From the human T2T-CHM13v2.0 reference genome, Homo sapiens, in assembly GCF_009914755.1 (NCBI RefSeq), contig NC_060927.1: DNA of 64,000 bases. One strand, written 5' to 3'. The notes below the pieces were generated by a model. That model made no database searches, had not been told where the DNA came from, and saw nothing but the letters and a program-made list of their open reading frames with translations. Shown here one piece after another: positions 1 to 24,301 of the stretch; positions within the stretch are counted from its first letter, which is position 1; every line of letters begins with the position of its first letter. The position numbers were made by a program, and so were the translations under genes.

Positions 1-592
1 ATTCACCACATTCCAAGTGCCTCAGTGCACGTGTGGCAGCCCTTCACGAGCTGTTCCTGCTCCCTTCTGCAGCCTCATCTATCATGCCCATACTCTACTT
101 TCCAACTATACATTTCAACTCTGCATCACTCTAACCTCTGAACCAAGTGGCTTCTTTCACAACTACCTGGCTTTGCATGTGCTCTGCTGTCTGCTTTCAG
201 TACCTTCCTTCTCCAAAATCAAACTCAAACTCAAGCATTACTGTCCCTCTCCACCCTCAGAAAAGCTAAGTCCACCCTAATATGTTCCAACAGCCCCTCT
301 GGGCTCTTGGCACACTCTGCACAAAGCTGTCTGTGTTCATGCCTTGTCAACTTTGTCTTCTCCACTAGAATGTGTGCTCTTGAAGCTGAGAGGTGTTTTG
401 ATGTCTGTATTCTCCACTGAAGCACAAACCCTACTAGTAATTAAATGCTGAATGAATAAAGTATTTCATTATGCTAAATGAAAAACGAATAGCTGTACGA
501 CCCTTCTAATGATTATATCTACGAGTTCCTTCTGTTTGCTCTAGCCTGTACTTAATCATTTAAATCATATTCACACACAAAAAATATTGGGC

Positions 593-1660
593 TGCCAGGC
601 ACGGCGGCTCACGCCTGTAACTCCAGCACTTTGCTAGGCTGAGGCAGGATTGCCTGAGCCCAGAAGTTCAAAACCAGCCTGGACAACATGATGAGATCCC
701 ATCTCTTCCACACGCAAAAAAGTTGGACTGGTGGAAGAGAGGTCCCATACAAAATGTTCAGTCTCGGCCAGGCATGGTGGCTCATGCCTGTAATCCTTGT
801 TCTTTGGGAGGCTAAGGTGGGAGGATTGCTTAAGGCCAAGAGTTTGAGATCAGCCAGGGCAATATAGTAAGACCCCCATCTCTACCAAAAAAATATTTTG
901 AGTGTAGTGAGTATGGTGAGACTGAGTGTGGTGGCACGTACCTGTACTCCCAGCTACTGGGGAGGCTGAGGTGGGAGGATTTTTTGAGCCCAGGAGGTCA
1001 AGGCTGCAGTGAGCTATGATGGTGCCACTGCCTGGGTGACAGAGCAAGACCATGACTCAAAAAAACTGCACAAAAAAACAAAAAACAAAATGCTCCATCT
1101 AAGGCCCAACCCTTCTAAAGATGATCTGGCCTGCTCACAGTAATAAAGCCCATCTGTAGTCCTCAGCCCTTGAAGTCTTTTGCCTTGGGAACTTCACTGG
1201 GATATCCTGTCTTTGGAGGATTAGACACATATCACTTTGACCCTGTAATCTGTCCACCTCACTCTTCTCATTAGGTTTTGCCTCAGGCTGGCACAAGTCT
1301 CTACTGTATGAACCCGTTGCCAAAGCAATTTTTAAAAAATATTTATTTGGCCAGGTGTAATGGCTCACGCCTGTAATCCTAGCACTTTGGGAGGCCAAAG
1401 CAGGTGGATCACTTGAGGTCAGGAGTTTGAGACCAGACTAGGCAACATGGTGAAAAACTGTTTCTACTAAAAATAGAAAAATTAGCTGGGCGTGGTGGCA
1501 TATGCCTGTAGTCCCAGCTACTCAGTCTCAGATACTCCAGCAAGCCAGGAGAATCACTTGAACCTGGGAGGCAGAGGTTTCAGTGAGTCAAGATCGTGCC
1601 GCTGCACTCTAGCCTGGAAAACAAAGCGAGACTCTTTCTCAAAAAAATTAAAAAAAAAAA
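593..1660 (+). mobile_element. Alu cluster: left monomer ~593-706, AluJ-like ~766-1070, AluS-like ~1349-1660
   Basis: GGCC(A/G)GGC..GGTGGCTCA(C/T)GCCTGTAATCC heads, A-rich linkers and tails. Confidence 0.88.
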
Positions 1661-1746
1661 GTTTGCTTAAAATCCAGATCCTGCACAAGCAATTTTGAAA
1701 TATGAAAATATTTCAAACATAGTGAAAATGAATTCCTCTAGGATGC

Positions 1747-2087
1747 TGTGATGGTTAATATTAGGTGTCAACTTGATTGGCTTGAACGATGCCCAGGTAG
1801 CTGGTAAGGTATTGTTTCTGGGTGTGTCTGTGAGGATGTTACCAGAGGAGTTTGACATTTGAGTCAGTGGACTGGGAGAGGCAGACCCACTCTCAATGTG
1901 GTGGGCACCATCCAATCGGCTGCCAGTGTGGCTAGAACAAAGCAGGCAGAAGAAGATGGGATAAGCTGGCTTGCTAAATCTGCTGGCTTTCATCTTTATC
2001 CCATGCTGGATGTTTCCTTCTGTTCCTCCTGCCCTTGGATGTCAGACTCCAGGTTCTTTGGACTTTGAATTCTGGGACCTGCACCAA
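1747..2087 (+). mobile_element. 5' LTR (MLT2B-like), 3'-truncated by a deletion that joins it directly to RT sequence
   Basis: Collinear with the 3' LTR from its start up to ...GGGACCTGCACCA, then switches to pol-like sequence (GGGATGGGAAATAAATCAACTAA = G-W-E-I-N-x-T-K). Confidence 0.85.
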
Positions 2088-4450
<2,363 letters not shown>

Positions 4451-4453
4451 GGG

Positions 4454-4870
4454 GTGGAAGTGAAAGTGGCACCACTCACCATCACCCCTAGTGACCTGCT
4501 AGCAAAATTTTTGCTTTCTGTTCCCATGACATTTTGTTCTGCTGACCTAGAGGTCTTAGTTCCAGAGGGAGGAATGCTGCCACCAAGAGACACAACAATG
4601 ATTCCATCAAACTGGAAGTTAAGATTGCCACCTGAACACTTTTGGCTCCTCCTTCCTCTAAGTCAACAGGCTAAGAAAGGAGTTACAGTGTTGGCTGGGG
4701 TGATTGACTATCAGGATGAAATCAGACTACTACCCCACAATGGAGGTAAGGAAGAGTATGCGTGGAATACAGGAGATCCCTTAGGGTGTCTCTTAGTATT
4801 ACCATGCCCTGTGATTAAGGTCAACGGGAAAGTACAACAACCCAATCCAGGCAGGACTACAAATGGCTGA
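4454..4870 (+). pseudogene. ERV-L dUTPase-like region downstream of integrase
   Basis: ORF 4454-4870 contains LPPRDTTMIPSNWKLRLPP...GVTVLAGVIDYQDEIRLL, resembling dUTPase motifs. A post-integrase dUTPase is a known ERV-L hallmark. Confidence 0.75.
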
Positions 4871-5333
4871 CCCGTCAGGAATGAAGGTTTGGGTCCACCA
4901 GGCGAAAAAACATGACCAGCCGAGGGGCTTGTTGAAGGCAAAGGGAATACAGAATGGATATTAGAAGAAGGTAGTTATCAAGACCAACTATGATCACGTG
5001 ACTGGTTGCAGAAAAAATGACTAATTGTCATGAATATTTCCTCCTTATTTTGTTAAGAATATGTTTGTGCATGTACACACCTTTACTAAGAAAATCTGTT
5101 TTATTTCCTTTCTTTTTCCTTTGTCATGTAACGTAAGATTTGTTGACTTTATATCAGCATTTAAGTGTTGCTACTTTATGTAATAATATTTAGGTTAAGG
5201 ACGGGTGCGCTTCCGGCTGTACGAAGGATAGTTGCATTATGTTAGGCGTAATTATGACCTTATTGTATTTATTTGTAGATTAAGTATGATTTCAGGAGAT
5301 GTGTGTGAATGCCAAGTTGACAAGCGGTGGGCT

Positions 5334-5912
5334 TGTGTTGGTTAATATTAGGTGTCAACTTGAGTAGATTGAAGGATCCTAGATGGCTGGTAAAGTATTG
5401 TTTCTGGGTTGTCTGTGAGGGTGTTGCCAGAGGAGATTGACATTTGTGTCGGTGGACTGGGAGAGGGAGACCCACCCTCAGTGTCGATGGGCACCATACA
5501 ATCTGCTGCCAGTGTGGCTAGAATGAAGCAGGTGAAGAAGGTGGGATAAGCTTTGTCTGCTGAGTCTTCTGGCTGCCTCCTTTCTCCCATGCTGGATGTT
5601 TGCCTCCACTCCTCCTGCCCTTGGACATCAGACTCCAGGTTCTTTGGACTTTGGACTCTGGGACTTGCACCAGTGGCTTGTAAGGGGCTCTCGGGCCTTC
5701 AGCCACAGGCTGAAGGCTGCACTGTTGGCTTCCCTCATTTTGAGGCTTTTGGACTCAGACTGAGCCACTTACCGGCTTCTCCCCCAGACTGCAGATGTCC
5801 TATTGTGCCCTTCGCCTTGTAATCGTGTGAGCCAATTCTCCCTAATAAACTACTTTTCATATATGCATATATCCTATTAGTTCTGTCCGTCTGGAGAACC
5901 TTGACTAATACA
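5334..5912 (+). mobile_element. 3' LTR (MLT2B-like), complete, 579 bp
   Basis: Preceded by a purine-tract-like CAAGCGGTGGGCT. TG...CA termini, AATAAA near 5844, followed by the TSD. Confidence 0.9.
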
Positions 5913-6286
5913 GATGCTTTATCTGCAAATGTATGTGAATTTGCCTCAGAAGTGATTGCTTAAGCTGCAAAGCACTGACCCTTCTGTGCCCCTCAATACT
6001 GCTAGTACAGTACCTGAAGTGCACTTACAATTAGTCCTCTACCGCCCCACTGGAAAGTAAGCCCCATGGGGCAGGTAGGCTTCTTTTTTCTATAACAGTT
6101 GATACATAGAAAAGAATATGTATAAAACATATGTCAGAGTTATGGAGCATTGCACTATTTCTTGTCCTCCTATCATCAGTGCCTAAAAAATTCATGGTAT
6201 GATAAACATATGTTGAATAAATGAATGATTCTTCTGTGAATAAGTGAACCATAAAGACCAGCATCTGCCAGATAAAATATCCATCA

Positions 6287-8811
<2,525 letters not shown>

Positions 8812-9457
8812 GTGAAAAGGGATTCTGTGTGGGGTGATATCTCACAGTTTATAGTAATGGTCTGCTACAGCTGTGTGTTCTCTTCTGAAGTACCTGCCAT
8901 AGTTCTAGCAGTTCTATTTGGTTCTTTACAAGTAGTCCCCACTTCTGGAATAGCCTATGTATTAAAGAGTGTTTACAAAGCCAGTCATTTGAAACTCCCA
9001 ATGCCAGTTCCCACAGAAATGAGGTTACCACTGGTCATCAGGTTCTCAGGGCAGCCTACGAAAGTCCATCTAATCCAGAATGTTGCCAATCTGCTGCACG
9101 AGGTGTACTGTTGCTACTCCCAGTAACTGCACGAGCTTGATTCTGAAAGGGAGACAGAGAGGGTACTTTGTGTTCCAACTCTGGGTGCCAGGGACACAGC
9201 CCTCCCCTGCTCCCTACTTGGCTGGACGGGCAGCTGGGGTGAGGGGCTGTTCCAGGAAGGGTGCTGGGGAGAAGGGCACATAATGTTTGAGCAGCAGAAC
9301 CAGAAGTTTGATTCTCTGTCTCATGACATCTTTCCAGTCCGTTCACTCTCAGGCATTTTGAATAATAACTAATAGGAATACTAATGACATTCTTATAGTG
9401 TTTTATAGCTTACAAATGACATGTCTTCATGTCTCCTCCCACAGCTAGTTGTCTATA

Positions 9458-10541
9458 CAGTTCTCCCTTAATATCCATGAGGGCTTGGTTCCAGGACTCC
9501 TCTCCCCCTCAGATACCCAAATCCATGATTGCTCAAGTCGCTGATATAAAATGGCGTTGTATTTGCATATATCCTATGCACATCCTCCAATATATTTCAT
9601 TAGATTTTTTTCTTGAGATAGGGTCTCACTATGTTGCCCAGGCTGGTCTTGAACTCCTGAGCTTAAGCGATTCTCCTGCCTCAGCCTCCCAAGTATCTGG
9701 AATTATAGGCCTATGCCACAGTGCCCAACTCTCCAATATACTTTATTTTACATATATATATTAGAGACACTAGAGTACAGTGGCATGATCTCGGCTCACT
9801 GTAGCCTCTACCTCCAGGGCTCAAATGATCCTCCTATCTCAGCCCCCCAATAGCTGGGACCATAGGTGCATGCCACCATGCCTGGCTAATTTTTTTTTTT
9901 TTTGTAGTGACAGGGTTTCACCATGTTGCCCAGGCTGGTCTCAAACTCCTAAGCCCAGACAATCTGCCCGCCTCAAACTCCCAAAGTGCTGTGATTATAG
10001 GCGTGAGCATATCTGGCCTCCCATAGAGTTATTTATTTATTTAGAGACAGAGTCTCACTCTGTTGCCCAGGCTGGAGTGCAGTGATGTGATCTCAGCTCA
10101 CTGCAACCTCCGCCTCCCAGGTTCAAGCGATTCTTGTGCCTCAGCCTTCTGAGTAGCTAGGATTACAGGCACACACCAACACACCCTGGTGATATTTTTA
10201 GTAGAGATGGGGTTTCACCCTGTTGGCCAGGCTCGTCTCGAACTCCTGACCTCAGATGATCTGCCTGCCTTGGCCTCCTAAAGTCCTGGGATTACAGGTG
10301 TGAACCACTGTGCCTGGCCTGGCCTCCCATCTACTTTAAATCATCTCTTGATTACTCATCATATCTAATACAATACAATGTAAATGCTATGTAAATAGTT
10401 GTTATACTGTATTGTTTTAAAAATCTGTATCATTTGTTATTGTTGTATTGTTATTTTTTATCGTTTGGGTTTTTTTTTCAAATACTATATTTTCAATCTG
10501 CAGTTGGTGGAATCTCAGATGCAGATACAGAGGACCAGCTG
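9458..10541 (+). mobile_element. MER2-like Tigger DNA transposon split by three minus-strand Alu/FLAM insertions (~9605-10318)
   Basis: TA|CAGTTCTCCCTT...ATCCATG..GGTTCCAGGAC start and GATACAGAGGACCAGCTG|TA end, with TA target sites. Confidence 0.8.
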
Positions 10542-10717
10542 TATTTTATTTATTTAACAAACACTTCGTAATGCTTAAGAGGTACCAGGCACTCTTTTAA
10601 AAGGGTTACCAATGTCAGCCTGTTTACTATGGCTCATTAATAAGTTTGACTTCTTTTCTTTTTAAATTTTTAAACCTGTGCCTCAATCTCTGTAGAATCA
10701 CTTTAGAAATGGATAGT

Positions 10718-12364
<1,647 letters not shown>

Positions 12365-13876
12365 TCTCCCTCTTTCTATTTTGTGATCTTTAGCTAGTTA
12401 CTTACCCTGTCTATGCCTCAGTTTTCTCATCCGTAAAATGAGGATAGTTATAAAGCAGGCACAGCGTCTTACTGGCATCCATCTCCCCAGCTCTTAGCAC
12501 AGTGCCTGGCCCAAGGTAGGCAGGAAGTATGAGTTGAACTAACTGTCCAGAGTCTTGCCCCTTGAGGATGGACCCTCTATCTTCTGGGTTTCGGCAGCCA
12601 CCTTTGGTTTACAAACCTCCAGTCCTAAATGAGACTTGAGGGGGCTCATGTGTCCAGATGTTAAAACTTTCTATGGATTCCACCCGTATTTCAAGGGCAA
12701 ATTTAGAGTCAGAAAGATACTAATATAGTATGTTGATTTGATTTTACTCAAGTCATTACAATGAAACAACAGCCAGTTTATTCAGACTGCTCTCTTTCCC
12801 TCTGCTATGCCTGCTTACCCTTCCTGCACTCCCAATTACAAGGGCAAATGGATATCTACAGGGTGGAAAATAAAAAGGATTGATGGGTGAGAATTTAGAA
12901 ATAGCATCCTATCTCTGGAACATAATCAGTCTGAGACCATTGATTCTGTTTCATTTTTATTTCCTGATTTAGAGAGTGGTGGAAGTCTGGAGTGTTTATT
13001 GTTCCGAGAGAGTCTGAGTGAAAGGATCCTTTGACTTGGTTTTATATGCAAACTTTGCTGACTTACTTAGGCATAGCCAGGCAGAATGTGCTCTGGAGAC
13101 CTTGCCCTTGAGAGGGTTGTTTTTTGGACTGAAACACAATCTAATATGCATCCCCAGAAGGAGCCACCTTGCGGTTACCATCTTCTTTCAACCTAAGACC
13201 TGGAGCATGAGAGACTGGCTGAATGCTTTTCGATGATGATGAAAGCAGGAGGCTGGAGCAGATAACTTCTTTTTTAAATTTTTATTATTTATTTATTTAT
13301 TTATTTTTATTTTTCCATAAGTTATTGGGGTAGAGATGATATTTGGTTACATGAGTAAGTTCTTTAGTGGTGATTTGTGAGATTTTGGTGCACCCATCAC
13401 CCGAGCAGTGTACACTTCATCATATTTGTTGTGTTTTATTCCTCATCCCCCTGCCGTTCTTCCCTCCAAGTCCCCAAAGTCTATTGTATCATTTTTTTTT
13501 TTGAGACAGAGTCTCACTCTCTTGCCCAGGTTGGAGTACAGTAGTGTGATCTCGGCTCACTGCAACATCTGCCTCCTGGATTCAGACCATTCTCCCTCCT
13601 CCGCCTTCTGAGTAGCTGGGACTATAGAAGCCTGCCACTATGCCCGGCTAATTTTTGTATTTTTAGTAGAGACAAGGTTTCACCATGTTGGCCAGGCTGG
13701 TATTGTATCATTCTTATGCCTTTGCATCCTCATAGCTTAGCTCTCACCTATCAGTGAGAACATATGATGTTTGGTTTTCCATTCCTGAGTTACTTCACTT
13801 AGAATAATAGCCTCCAGTCCCATCCAGGTCACTGCAAATGCTGTTAATTCATTTATGGCTGAGTAGTATTCCATCA

Positions 13877-13916
13877 TATATATATATGTGTGTGTGTGTG
13901 TGTGTATGTGTGTATA

Positions 13917-13958
<42 letters not shown>
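13877..13958. repeat. Compound (TA)/(TG)n-(CA)n microsatellite inside L1
   Basis: A TG run is immediately followed by a CA run. Confidence 0.95.
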
Positions 13959-13959
<1 letters not shown>

Positions 13960-14796
13960 CTCGCAGTTTCTTTAACCGTTCGTTGATTGATGGGCAATTG
14001 GGTTGGTTCCACGATTTTGCAATTGTGAATTGTGCTGCTATAAACATGTGTGTGCAAGTATCTTTTTCGAATAATGACTTCTTTTCCTCTGGGTAGATAC
14101 CCAGTAGTGGCATTGCTGGATCAAATGGTAGTTCTACTTTTAGTTCTTTAAGGAATCTCCACACTGTTTTCCATAGTGGCTGTAATAGTTTATACGCCCA
14201 CCAGCAGTGTGGAAGTGTACACAGATCACTGCATCCACGCCAAGATCTACTGATTTTTGATTTTTTGGTCATGACCAGTCTTGCAGAAGTAAGATGGTAT
14301 CGCATTGTGGTTTTGATTTGCATTTCCCTGATCATTAGTGATGTTGAGCATTTTTTGACATTTGTTGGCCATTTGTATATCTTCTTTTGAGAACTGTCTA
14401 TTCATGTACTTAGCCCACTTTTTGATCGGATTGTTTTTTTTTCTTACTGATTCATTTGAGTTTGTTGTAGATTCTGGATATTACTCCTTTGTCAGATGTA
14501 TAGATCGTGAAGATTTTCTCCCACTCTGTGGGTTGTCTGTTTACTCTGATGACTCTTCCTTTTGCCATGCAAAAGCTCTTTAAGTCCCAAATATTTATCT
14601 TTGTTTTTATTGCACTTGCTTTTGGGTTCTTGATCATGAAATACTTGCCTAAGCCAATGTCTAGAAGAGTTTTCCCAATGTTATCTCCTAGAATTTTTAT
14701 AGTTTCAGGTCTTAGATTTAAGTCCTTAATCCATCTTGAATTGATTTTTGTATAAGGTGGGAGATGAGGATCCAGCTTCATTCTCCTACATGTGGC

Positions 14797-15195
14797 TATT
14801 ACGGCATTTGTATGAGACCACCTGAGCAGGCTTAGTGTGAGCAACAAGGCTGTTTATTCACTGGGTGCAAGTGGGTTGAGTCTGAGAAAGGAGTCAGCAA
14901 AGGTGGTGGGATTATCATTGGTTCTTATAGGTTTGGGATGGGTGGTGGAGTTAGGAGCAATTTTTTGCTGGCAGGGGATGGATGTTACAAAGTACATTCT
15001 CAAGGTTGGGGAGGATGTTACAAAGTACATTCACAAGGGCGGGGAGGATGTATTATCCCAAGAGTCGGGAGGAATATTACAAGGTACATTCACAAGGTGG
15101 GGGGCAGGGGGGAATATCACAAAGTACATTATCACAAGGACGGGGGAATGTCATGATGGCTTGACCATGGTGCGGCCAGTTCAGAGGACCTTACA
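14797..15195 (-). mobile_element. HERV-H-family solo LTR (LTR7C-like) inserted in L1 ORF2
   Basis: Shares GTGTGAGCAACAAGGCTGTTTATT..CTGGGTGCA and GGAGTCAGCAAAGG with the LTR at 28086. The reverse strand starts TGTAAGGTCCTCTG. 5-bp TSD GTGGC at 14792-14796 and 15196-15200. Confidence 0.85.
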
Positions 15196-17544
15196 GTGGC
15201 TAGTCAATTTTCCCAGCACCATTTGTTGAAAAGGGTGTCCTTTCCCACTTCGTTTTCATTTGCTTTGTTGAAGATCAGTTAGCTGTAAGGATTTGGGTTT
15301 ATTTCTGGGTTCTTAATTCTGTTCCATTGGTCTATGTGCCTATTTTTATACCATGCTGTTTTGGTGACTATCCCCTTATAGTATAGTGTGAAATCAGGTA
15401 GTGTGATACTTCCAGATTTGTTCTTTTTGCTTAGTCTTGCTTTGGCTATGCAGGCTCTTTTTTTGGTTCCATATGAATTTTATAATTTTTTTTTCTAATT
15501 CTGTGAAGAATGATGGTATTTTGATGGGGATTGCATTGAATTTGTAGATTACGTTTGGCAGTATAATTATTCTCACAATATTGATTCTACCCATCCATGA
15601 ACATGGGATGTGTTTCCATTTGTTTGTGTCATCTGTGATTGTTTTTTAGCAGTGTTTTGTAGTTTTCCTTGTAGAGGTCTTTTGCCTCCTTGGTTAGGTA
15701 TATTCCTAAGTGTTTTATTTTTTTTTTTTTGCAGCTATTTTAAAAGGGGTTGAGTTTTTTATTTGATTCTCTGCTTGGTCGCTGTTGGTGTATAGATGAC
15801 CTACTGATTTGTGTACATTAATCTTGTATCTAGAAACTTTGCTGAATTCTTTCATCAGTTCTAGGAGCTTTCTGGAGGTGTCCTTAGGGTTTTCAAGGTA
15901 AATTATCATATCATCAGCAAACAGTGACAGTTTGACTTCCTCTTTACCAATTTGGGTGCTCTTTATTTCTTTCTCTTGTCTGATTGCTCTGGCTAGGACT
16001 TCCAGTACTATGTTGAAGAGGAGTGGTAAGAGTGGGCATCCTTGTCTCGTTCCTGTTCCCAAAGGGAATGCTTTCAACTTTTCCTCATTCAGTATTATGT
16101 TGGCTGTGGGTTTGTCATAGATGGCTTTTATTACATTGAGGTATGTCCCTTGTATGCCGATTATTGAGAATTTTAATCATAAAGGATGTTGGATTTTGTT
16201 GAATGCTTTTTCTGCATCTATTGAGATGCTCATGTGATTTTTGTTTTTAATTCTGTTTATGGGGTGTATCACATTTATTGACTTGCATATGTTAAACCAT
16301 CCCTGCATCCCTGGTATAAAACCCACTTGATCATGGAGGGTTTCATACCAGGGATGAATATGATATGTTGTTGAAGTTGATCAGCTAGTATTTTTAAAAT
16401 ATCAATTTAGCTTTGATATGTTCTTGGATTTGGTTAACTAGTATTTTGTTAAGGATTTTAGCATCTATGTTTCCTCAAGGATATCAGTCTGTAGTTTTCT
16501 TTTTTGGTTATGTCCTTTACTGGTTTTGGTATTAGGGTGATGCTGGCTTCATAGAATGAATTAGGGAGGGCTCCTTCTTTCTCTATCTTGTGGAATAGTG
16601 TCAAAGTATTGGTACCAATTCTTTTTTGAATGTCTGGTATAATTCTGCTGTGAATCCATCTGGTCCTGGACTTTTTTTTTGTTGGTAATTTTTAAATGAC
16701 CATTTCAATCTCACTGCTTGTTATTGGTCTGTTCAGGGTTATCTAATTCTTCCTGATTTAAGCTAGGAGGGTTGTATTTTTCCAGAAATTTATGCATCTC
16801 TTCTAGATTTTCTAGTTTATGTGCATAAAGATGTTCATAGTAGCCTTGAATGATCTTTTGTATTTCAGTGGTGTCAGTTGTAATGTCTCCTGTTTTGTTT
16901 CTTAATGAGGTTATTTGGATTTTATCTCTTCTTTTTTTGGTTAATCTTGCTAATGGTCTATCAATTCTATTTATCTTTTCCAATAACCAGCTTTTTGTTT
17001 CATTTATCTTTTGTATTTTTTTGTTTGTTTGTTTCAATTCCATTTAGTTCTGCTCTGCTCTTGCTTATTTACTTTCTTCTGCTAGGTTTGCATTTGGTTT
17101 GCTCTTCTTTCTCTAGTTCCTTGAGGTGTGACCTTAGAATGTCAGTTTGTGTTCTTTCAGTCTTTTTGATGTAGGCGTTTAGGGCTATGCACTCTCCTCT
17201 TAGCACTGCCTTTGCTGTATCCCAGAGGTTTTGATAGGTTGTGTCATTACTGTCATTCAGTTCAAATAATTTTTAAATTTCCACCTTGATTTCGTTTTTG
17301 AGATAACTTCTTGAATCCTCTTTTAGCTCTTAAAAAATTATCGGTCATCTCCTATTAGCCAGGTGCCACGCTAAATGCTTTTATATACATTATCTCATTT
17401 TATTCTCATGCCAGTCTTAGGGAGGAGGTATCATTACCTTATCGCGCACATAAAGAAAGCTTAGACTCCAGAAGGTTAAGTGATTTGACAAGGTCACACA
17501 GGTCCCAAGCAGTTAAATCTCATTCATTTAATAAACATTTATTT

Positions 17545-18845
<1,301 letters not shown>

Positions 18846-19346
18846 CAGCATTGTGAGTGTAGGTCCACGAACAGTCTGGAGTCACTGGAACACAAAATCA
18901 GTATAGGCATGGAGTTGAGGCAGATGTGGTAGTCAGGAGCTAGATTGTGGCAGTCCTTGTGATCATGCTTTTCCTAAGACCCATACTCTTCCCCTTGAAG
19001 CCTGTGCTCTATGAAGAAAAGAATCACTGATGACCATCTAAGGATTACAGGGGACAGTTATCCTTAGGTGAAAGTTAAAAATAGCTAATCTTCTGGGGGT
19101 TGGGAGAGGAAGACATGTTGCAATTCAGAAAATCATTTTTCCTCTGGTAGGCCCCTGGGCCATCTCCTAGTGGACCAAGTATCTACCTAGATAAAGAGTC
19201 GGAACAATATTGACAGTGTGTATTCATTGGTGATTCCTCTGAAGCCCACATCCTCCATGGAATGGCTGCAGTGACCTCTAGAACAGTGTTTCCTAAGTGA
19301 CCATAGTGCCATCGAGTCAGCTGCACTGGACTAACAACTTCAGTTA

Positions 19347-20029
19347 TGAAGCCACCTTTGCAAAGATTATGACCATAGAAGACGCCTAGCATGGCTGACT
19401 CCATCTTGCTTCTAGCCTCACAGGCTGGCTGTCCTCTCTTATTCCTGGGCATAGGCCAAGCTAACCTTTGGAGGAATTTAGTTTACAGTTTAACTTGGAA
19501 GCAAGGACAATAGTAGTCCCTCCTTATAACGGACCCCCTCCTTGTTCAGGGACTGAAACCACCTTTGTGAGACTGAAGAAAGGCTACAAGATTAGGATTA
19601 TGCGAGGGGCCTGAATTCTGCTAAAATGTAGGCATAGTTAACCTATAATCAGCCATTGTTCTCTGGTTTGCCTTTCTATAATGCCTTACTGCTCAAGAGT
19701 TATGTGGCCAGAGGTTACAAGATTTGTTACTTCCCCAATTGCTCCTGTAGATGACACCATGATTGTAGAACCTATGATCAGTCTTTTAAGATGACTTCTG
19801 CTTTCTGGCAACTGACTGACTCCACCCAGCCTCATGACTCCTGACCCTGCTCAGAGGCTGACTCAGCGCAGAAGGACTGCTTTCCACACCCTATGATTTG
19901 ATCCCCAACCAATCAGCAGCACCTCTGCCCCAATTATCCATAAAAGCCCTGACCTCTGAGTTCCTGGGGAGACTGATTTTAGTAATAAACTCCCATTTAC
20001 AACATGGGTAGCCTGTGTTAATTAAACTC

Positions 20030-20030
<1 letters not shown>
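19347..20030 (+). mobile_element. ERV1-class LTR (LTR8A-like), 3' end disrupted by Alu
   Basis: Starts TGAAGCCACCTTTGCAAAGATTATGAC...GCTGACTCCATCTTGCTTCTAGCCTCACAGG, resembling the recalled LTR8A start. AATAAA near 19984. Confidence 0.72.
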
Positions 20031-23247
<3,217 letters not shown>

Positions 23248-23845
23248 TAAGGTTGAATGGAACTCTAGGTTGTAAATAAATTCTTAAAAGTACAGACTGA
23301 GGCTGGGTGTCATGGTTCATGCTGTCTCAAAAAGAAATAAAATGGAAAAGAAAAAATGTGCAGGCTGACTAACCTACAGTGGTGAGGCTTCCAAAACTCT
23401 AAGTTAAAAATGAACTGCAAACTACCTAGTTAAAAATGGGCAAATGTCTTGAATAGATATTTTCTAAAGATGATTAAACAAATGACCAATAAACACATGA
23501 AAAGATGCTCAATTTCATTAGTCATTAGGGAAATACAAACCAAAATCCCAATAATCGCGATGCCAAGGCAAGAGGATTGCTTGAGCCCATGAGTTAGAGA
23601 CCAGCCTGGGCAACATGGCGAGACCCTATCTCTACAAAAAGTTAAAAAATTAGCTGGCATGATGGTGCATGCCTGTGGTCTCAGCTACTCAGGAGGCTGA
23701 TGAGGGAGGATTGCTTGATCCTGGGATGATCCTGGGAGGTCAGTGCTTCAGCAAGCACTGCACTCCAGCCTGGGCAACAGAGTGAGACCTTGTCTCAGAA
23801 AAAAAACAACAGCACACAATTAAGAAATTATTTCACACCTACTAG

Positions 23846-24301
23846 TGCCGAGACCAGCTTGGTCGGGGAGACCCTAACCCAGGGGTGCTAGAGGAATTAA
23901 AGACACACACACAGAAATATAGAGGTGTGAAGTAGGAAATCAGGGGTCTCACAGCCTTAACAGCAAACCAGTCATTAGCATTGTTTCTATAGATATTAAA
24001 TTAACTAAAAGTATCCCTTATGGGAAACAAACGCATGGGCCAAATTAAAGGATAGGTTGGGCTAGTTAACTGCAACAGGAACATGCCCTTAAGGCATAAA
24101 TTGCTCATGCTATTGTTTGTGGCTTAAGAAATCCTTTACGTGGTTTTCCGCCCTGGGCGGGCCTGGTGTTCCTTACCCTCATTCCCCTTCCAGCTTGGGC
24201 ATTAGGGCCATTATGAACATGTCACAGTGCTGCAGAGATTTTGTTTATGGCCAGTTTTGGGGTCAGTTTAAGGCCAGATTTTGGGGGGCTTGCTCCCAAC
24301 A
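23846..24301 (-). mobile_element. MER9-type (HERV-K HML-3/HERVK9) solo LTR
   Basis: Reverse strand starts TGTTGGGAGCAAGCCCCCCAAAATCTGGCC and ends GGTCTCGGCA. 6-bp TSD TACTAG at 23840-23845 and 24302-24307; a 6-bp TSD is typical of ERVK. Confidence 0.88.

Larger units (their letters stand above)
13272..17300 (-). mobile_element. 5'-truncated L1 (L1PB1-like), ORF2 3' part plus 3' UTR
   Basis: Minus-strand ORF2 peptides ([45 protein letters not shown]). 12-bp TSD AGATAACTTCTT at 13260-13271 and 17301-17312. Contains a truncated Alu (~13491-13700, TSD TATTGTATCATT). Confidence 0.92.

Noticed and set aside
1770-1790. DUX4-type site in the MLT2 LTRs
   Set aside because: TGATTGGCTTGA (5' LTR) and TGAGTAGATTGA (3' LTR) each deviate from TGATTRRRTTA, so the site is not supportable.
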